Below are positions 30,508 to 34,429 of a stretch of 34,429 bases of DNA, in pieces; position 1 is the first letter of the stretch, and each line of letters starts with the position of its first letter. The notes beneath the pieces were generated by a model that did not search any database, was not told the origin of the DNA, and worked only from the letters and a program-made list of their open reading frames with translations. This DNA comes from an uncultured Chloroflexia bacterium. Its GTDB lineage: Bacteria > Chloroflexota > Limnocylindria > Limnocylindrales > CSP1-4. The stretch lies in contig CAWHXD010000015.1 in NCBI GenBank assembly GCA_963833225.1, positions 1-34,429 of the forward strand. Direction: 5' to 3'. Made by a program: the position numbers and the translations under genes.

Positions 30508-32796
30508 GTGTCCGGATCCGGCCAGCCTCCGATCGATCTCGCCCGTATCCGCGCGATCCTCGCGGAGGCTCGCGCCCGCGGCGCATCCATGCTGCTCGAG
30601 CCGGAGGCGCGCCGGCTGCTCGAGGCGATGGGCATCGCGGTGCCCCGGGCCTCGTTCGTCGCGGTCGCCGCATCGGGCGCGCCCGAGCCCGCGGACGTCG
30701 CGAAGGCCGTCGAAGGGATCGAGGGCGATCGGGTCGTCATCCGCGTCGTTGCCCCGGGCGTCGCCCACAAGACGGAGCTTGGCGGGGTCGCCGTCGTTCC
30801 CCGCGATACGGGAACGGTGCTCGACGTCATCGACCGGATGCGGGAGTCCCTGGCCTCGGCCGGCGCCGCCGAGGTCACCGGCTACATCCTCGCCGAGCAC
30901 GTCACGCACGAGCCCGGGATCGGTGGCGAGCTGCTGGTGTCTGTCCGCTGGACCGACGACGCAGGACCCGTGGTCAGCGTGGGGGCGGGTGGCACCGAAG
31001 CCGAGACGATCGCGGCGGATCTGCGCCCGGGCCGGCAGATCGCGATCCTGTCGCCCGGCCTGATGCCTCGCGATCGACTCGCCCGCGCGCTCCGCGGCGC
31101 GACCGCGGTCCGCCTGGCCACCACCGGTCAGCGTGGACGCCCGGCACGGCTGTCGATCGACGACCTCGTCGACGTCGTCGAGCCATTCCTCGCCGTCGCC
31201 GATGCCTGCGTTCCCGCAGACCTGCTCGAGCTCGAGGTCAACCCGATCGTCGTCACGCCCGACGGCCGCCTGGTCGCGCTCGACGTCCTTGCCTCGCTGG
31301 GCACCGGCGAGCGGGCGCCCGATCCGGCATCTGCGCGGCCCGTCGCCAAGCTGCCGAGGCTGCTCGAGCCTCGATCCGTCGCGATCATCGGCGTCTCGGC
31401 CGCGATGAACCCGGGGCACGTGATCCTGCGCAACCTGCTCCGGGACGGGTTCCCGGCGGAGCGGATCACGATCGTCAAGCCCGGCGCCACCTCGATCGAC
31501 GGCTGCCGGTGCGTCCCGGACGTCGCGTCGCTGCCGGACAAGGTCGACCTGTTCGTCGTCGCCGTCTCGGCCTCCCGGGCGGCGGAGGTGGTCACGGCCG
31601 TCATCGAGCGCGATGCTGCCGAGACGATCCTGGTCATCCCCGGCGGTCTCGAGGAGAAGCAGGGCAGCGAGGCGATCGTCGCCCGGATGCGGGCCGCGCT
31701 GGTGGCGTCGCGCTCCGCCCCCGACGGCGGCCCGCTGCTCAACGGCGGCAACTGCCTCGGCTTCCGCTCCGTGCCCGGGCGCATCGACACGATGTTCATC
31801 CCGGCCACCAAGCTCCCCGCACCCGGGGCGACGGCCGCACCGCTCGCGATCGTCGCCCAGAGCGGAGCGTTCGCGATCACGCGCCTCGGGCGGATCCCGG
31901 ACCTGCACCCGCGGTACCTCGTCACGGTTGGCAACCAGATGGATCTCACCGTGGGCGACCACCTCGCGCACCTCGCCGATGACCCGTCGATCCGCGTGTT
32001 CGGCGTGTACGTCGAGGGCTTCCGCCCGCTCGACGCGCGGCGGATGCTGGCGGCCGCAGCCCGGATCCACGAGCGTGGCGGCACGGTCGTGCTGTACCGG
32101 GCCGGCCGGACGAGCGCGGGGGCGGCGGCATCGGCCAGCCACACGGCGTCGATCGCCGGGGACGTGACGGTGACCCGCGCGTTGGCGGGGCAGGCCGGCG
32201 TGCTGGTCGCAGACTCGCTCGAGGACTTCGACGATCTCGTGCGAACCGCGACGCTCCTCGTCGACCGCACGATCGGCGGCCGGCGCCTGGGCGCGTTGTC
32301 CAACGCCGGGTTCGAGTGCGTCGCCATCGGCGACAACCTGGGCTCGCTCGAGCTCGCGGCGTTCGAGCCGGCGGTCCGCGCCCGGCTCGGCGCGCTGCTC
32401 GAGGCCGCCGGTGCCGGCGCCGTGGTCGACGTCCACAACCCGCTCGACGCGACTCCGATGGCCGACGATGCTGCGCTCTCCGACCTGGCGGAGACGATCC
32501 TGTTCGCCTCCGGTGTCGATGTTGCTGTCGTGGGCATCGTCCCGCTCACCGCGGCGCTCCGGACGCTGCCGCCCGGCCCGGAGCACGACGAGGACCTCGC
32601 CGCTCCCGACGCCATCGCCGCCCGCCTCGTCGACCTCTGGCACCGGACGAGCAAGACCTGGGTCGCGGTGGTCGATGGCGGCCCGCTGTACGAGCCGTTC
32701 GTCTCGGCGCTCGAGGCGGGAGGCATCCCGGTTTTCCGCACCGCCGACCGCGCGATGCGCGCGCTCTCCGCGATCGTTCGACACCGGCTCGGCTGA
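30508..32796 (+). CDS. ADP-forming acetate/acyl-CoA ligase family protein (ATP-grasp domain N-terminal)
   Basis: HKTELGGV and ELEVNP (ATP-grasp), PRSVAIIGVS, GGNCLG, QSGA, GNQMD, ASHTASIAG phospho-His and NPLD. TAGGCT 6 nt before GTG 30508 (ORF track start 30502). Confidence 0.9.
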   Translation: MSGSGQPPIDLARIRAILAEARARGASMLLEPEARRLLEAMGIAVPRASFVAVAASGAPEPADVAKAVEGIEGDRVVIRVVAPGVAHKTELGGVAVVPRDTGTVLDVIDRMRESLASAGAAEVTGYILAEHVTHEPGIGGELLVSVRWTDDAGPVVSVGAGGTEAETIAADLRPGRQIAILSPGLMPRDRLARALRGATAVRLATTGQRGRPARLSIDDLVDVVEPFLAVADACVPADLLELEVNPIVVTPDGRLVALDVLASLGTGERAPDPASARPVAKLPRLLEPRSVAIIGVSAAMNPGHVILRNLLRDGFPAERITIVKPGATSIDGCRCVPDVASLPDKVDLFVVAVSASRAAEVVTAVIERDAAETILVIPGGLEEKQGSEAIVARMRAALVASRSAPDGGPLLNGGNCLGFRSVPGRIDTMFIPATKLPAPGATAAPLAIVAQSGAFAITRLGRIPDLHPRYLVTVGNQMDLTVGDHLAHLADDPSIRVFGVYVEGFRPLDARRMLAAAARIHERGGTVVLYRAGRTSAGAAASASHTASIAGDVTVTRALAGQAGVLVADSLEDFDDLVRTATLLVDRTIGGRRLGALSNAGFECVAIGDNLGSLELAAFEPAVRARLGALLEAAGAGAVVDVHNPLDATPMADDAALSDLAETILFASGVDVAVVGIVPLTAALRTLPPGPEHDEDLAAPDAIAARLVDLWHRTSKTWVAVVDGGPLYEPFVSALEAGGIPVFRTADRAMRALSAIVRHRLG

Positions 32797-32950
32797 GGCG
32801 GCGTCGCGGGCCGCGGCTCCCGTGCGCCGAGGGCGGAAGGCACGGGCGCACGCACCATCAGGCAGAGCACGCCGCGGCGGGAAGGTCTCGCACGAGGCGT
32901 CCTACCGCCGCCTGCGGAAGGCACAGTCCACGCCGCACTGACCAGGCGCG

Positions 32951-33412
32951 CTACGCTGCCCGCCGATCTCGGGAGATGGCGATGCCCGCGGCGACACCGA
33001 ATGCGAGCGCCGCTCCTGCGATCACGGCGGTCAGGAGCGCCCACCCGTCGAGCGGGCGTGGCACCGAGAGCCACGCCCCGCGTGAGTCCAATCCGTCGAG
33101 TGTCCTCGGCCACAGAGCCAGGAACAGCACGCCGCCAAGCACGGCACCGGCAGCGGTTGAGCCCAGGACCACCAGTCGGTCGCGGGCGGGAACGGGAACG
33201 AGAGCGAACAGCGCCACCGCCGCAACCAGTGCGAGCAGTGGCGGCCCGAGCCCGACATTCGAGAAGAGGCCCGTGTTTCTGGCGCACTCGACCTCGGTAA
33301 CGCCGACCGGGCCGAGACACATGGCCACCCCGCCGCCCCCGAAGATGAGGGCGACGGGCACGCCGACGAGGATCAGGAGGCCCGCGATCAGGCTGCGATT
33401 GCGTCGGCTCAT
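32951..33412 (-). CDS. Hypothetical membrane protein
   Basis: Four hydrophobic segments and a Cys pair (MCLGP...ECAR). ATG 33412. Confidence 0.7.
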   Translation of the reverse strand: MSRRNRSLIAGLLILVGVPVALIFGGGGVAMCLGPVGVTEVECARNTGLFSNVGLGPPLLALVAAVALFALVPVPARDRLVVLGSTAAGAVLGGVLFLALWPRTLDGLDSRGAWLSVPRPLDGWALLTAVIAGAALAFGVAAGIAISRDRRAA

Positions 33413-33522
33413 GTCCCGACCATCCACGCCGTCGGTCGCGGAGTCAATGCGGAGTATCCCGCAGCGAGCACGCGACCGGTGCACCGAGTGAACCCCTTCA
33501 GGAGCGAGACTTCGTGACATCG

Positions 33523-34266
33523 TCATCGGCCAACGGCCACACCGCGCGGCGGCTGCTCCAGCAGGCGCGATGTTCCCTGGCTGACGTCAGCCCAGATGAT
33601 CGCGCGGCCCGGCCAGGGTGCCGTGCCACGGAGCGCGGCGACCGCATCAGCGGCGCGTCCGGGGTAGGCGGCGCCGAGCGTGTCAGCGGCCAGCCGTCCG
33701 ACCTCGCGTGTCGCCGCGGTGTTCCGCAACACCAGCAGCCGATGGACCCGGCGTCTCTCCTGTTCGGGCAGGGCCGCCAGCGCGTCTGCCTTCTGGGTGG
33801 CCCACCGGATCTGCTGCTCGACTCGCCGCAGCTGGCTGTGGATCTCGACGGCCACCACGTCCGGCCCCGCCGTGTCGCTCAGGACGAGGTCGATCACCCC
33901 GCGCACCGGACGGTAGACGGGTACCTCGGGTGCCACGTCCCATCGGGGATGCAGCGCGGCGATCAGCGCCCCGGCGATGGCGATCTGGATGTGATCGCGG
34001 ATGCGCGGTCCCGTGTTCGGGAACAGCCGAACCCACAGATCGGCACCGAGGGCTGTGGCCACGGCGATGAGCACCTCGATGCTCGGTTCCGCCGTGCCGG
34101 CCTCGATCCGCGAGAGGTGCGCCTGGTTCACGCGAGCCACCCTGGCGATGGCCGCCTGGGAGGTACCGGCGTCTTCGCGCATTGCCCGGATCTCCGCCCC
34201 GAGGCGCCGCAGGAGGTCGCGTCGCCGGGTTCTGAGCAGGCGCTGGTTGAGGATCCGGGTGGCCAT
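33523..34266 (-). CDS. XRE-family HTH fused to a PD-(D/E)XK-like nuclease domain
   Basis: IRAMREDAGTSQAAIARVARVNQAHLSRIEAG..PS HTH, followed by PEVPV..RGVIDLVL...VAVEIHSQL. Confidence 0.85.
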   Translation of the reverse strand: MATRILNQRLLRTRRRDLLRRLGAEIRAMREDAGTSQAAIARVARVNQAHLSRIEAGTAEPSIEVLIAVATALGADLWVRLFPNTGPRIRDHIQIAIAGALIAALHPRWDVAPEVPVYRPVRGVIDLVLSDTAGPDVVAVEIHSQLRRVEQQIRWATQKADALAALPEQERRRVHRLLVLRNTAATREVGRLAADTLGAAYPGRAADAVAALRGTAPWPGRAIIWADVSQGTSRLLEQPPRGVAVGR

Positions 34267-34302
34267 GACTGCCAGTACACGAAATCGGCCTCAACTGGCA
34301 CT

Positions 34303-34319
34303 TACCAGCCCGTCGGGTG
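34303..34319. repeat. Isolated copy of the 17-bp palindrome family upstream of the HTH-nuclease gene
   Basis: CTGGCACTTACCAGCCCGTCGGGTGTCG matches 20/28 to CTGGCACCTACCCACCGGATGGGTATTG (array A, first copy). Confidence 0.45.
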
Positions 34320-34429
34320 TCGCTCCTCGGGATCCGATGACCGGCGGGCATGGATCGGCGCTGGACCGAGGGGTCGGCGTAGCCTGGGAGCCAAAGCGTT
34401 GCCTGGTGCGCATAGGCGTCGGGTCGAGC

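Overview
A very GC-rich bacterial chromosomal window. Actinomycetota or Chloroflexota is plausible from gene style and frequent leaderless starts, but this is inference only. It holds about 28 genes. The left end has three small exported or lipoprotein genes, an SseB-C-like gene fragment and a candidate structured RNA (about 2255-2446). These are followed by DUF2652, two GNATs (one broken by an internal deletion), a secreted M1 metallopeptidase, a GlcD-like FAD oxidase and a flavodoxin. Next come a complete IS3-family element (8578-9847, 24-bp IRs, GGA target duplication, many frameshifts), a coiled-coil PD-(D/E)XK-like protein behind a RecA-NDp/PafBC-like promoter, and a secreted subtilase. 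An NHEJ locus follows (ku and a PE-LIG-POL ligD with a 1-nt frameshift near its end), then a coupled pair of DUF72 and a papain-like protein and a secreted clan-CD-like protease. The right end holds YyaL, a GNAT, a NUDIX fused to a degenerate MBL domain, tatA, a divergent marR / DHA2-MFS / acyl-CoA ligase module with a clear operator, and an XRE-HTH + PD-(D/E)XK-like nuclease gene. The least explained signal is a 17-bp palindrome family (YRCCCR-N5-YGGGYR). It forms regularly spaced arrays at 18330-18583 and 20986-21247, and a related copy sits just upstream of the HTH-nuclease gene. No cas genes, rRNA or tRNA were seen. All family calls come from motif recognition by eye, not from database searches.
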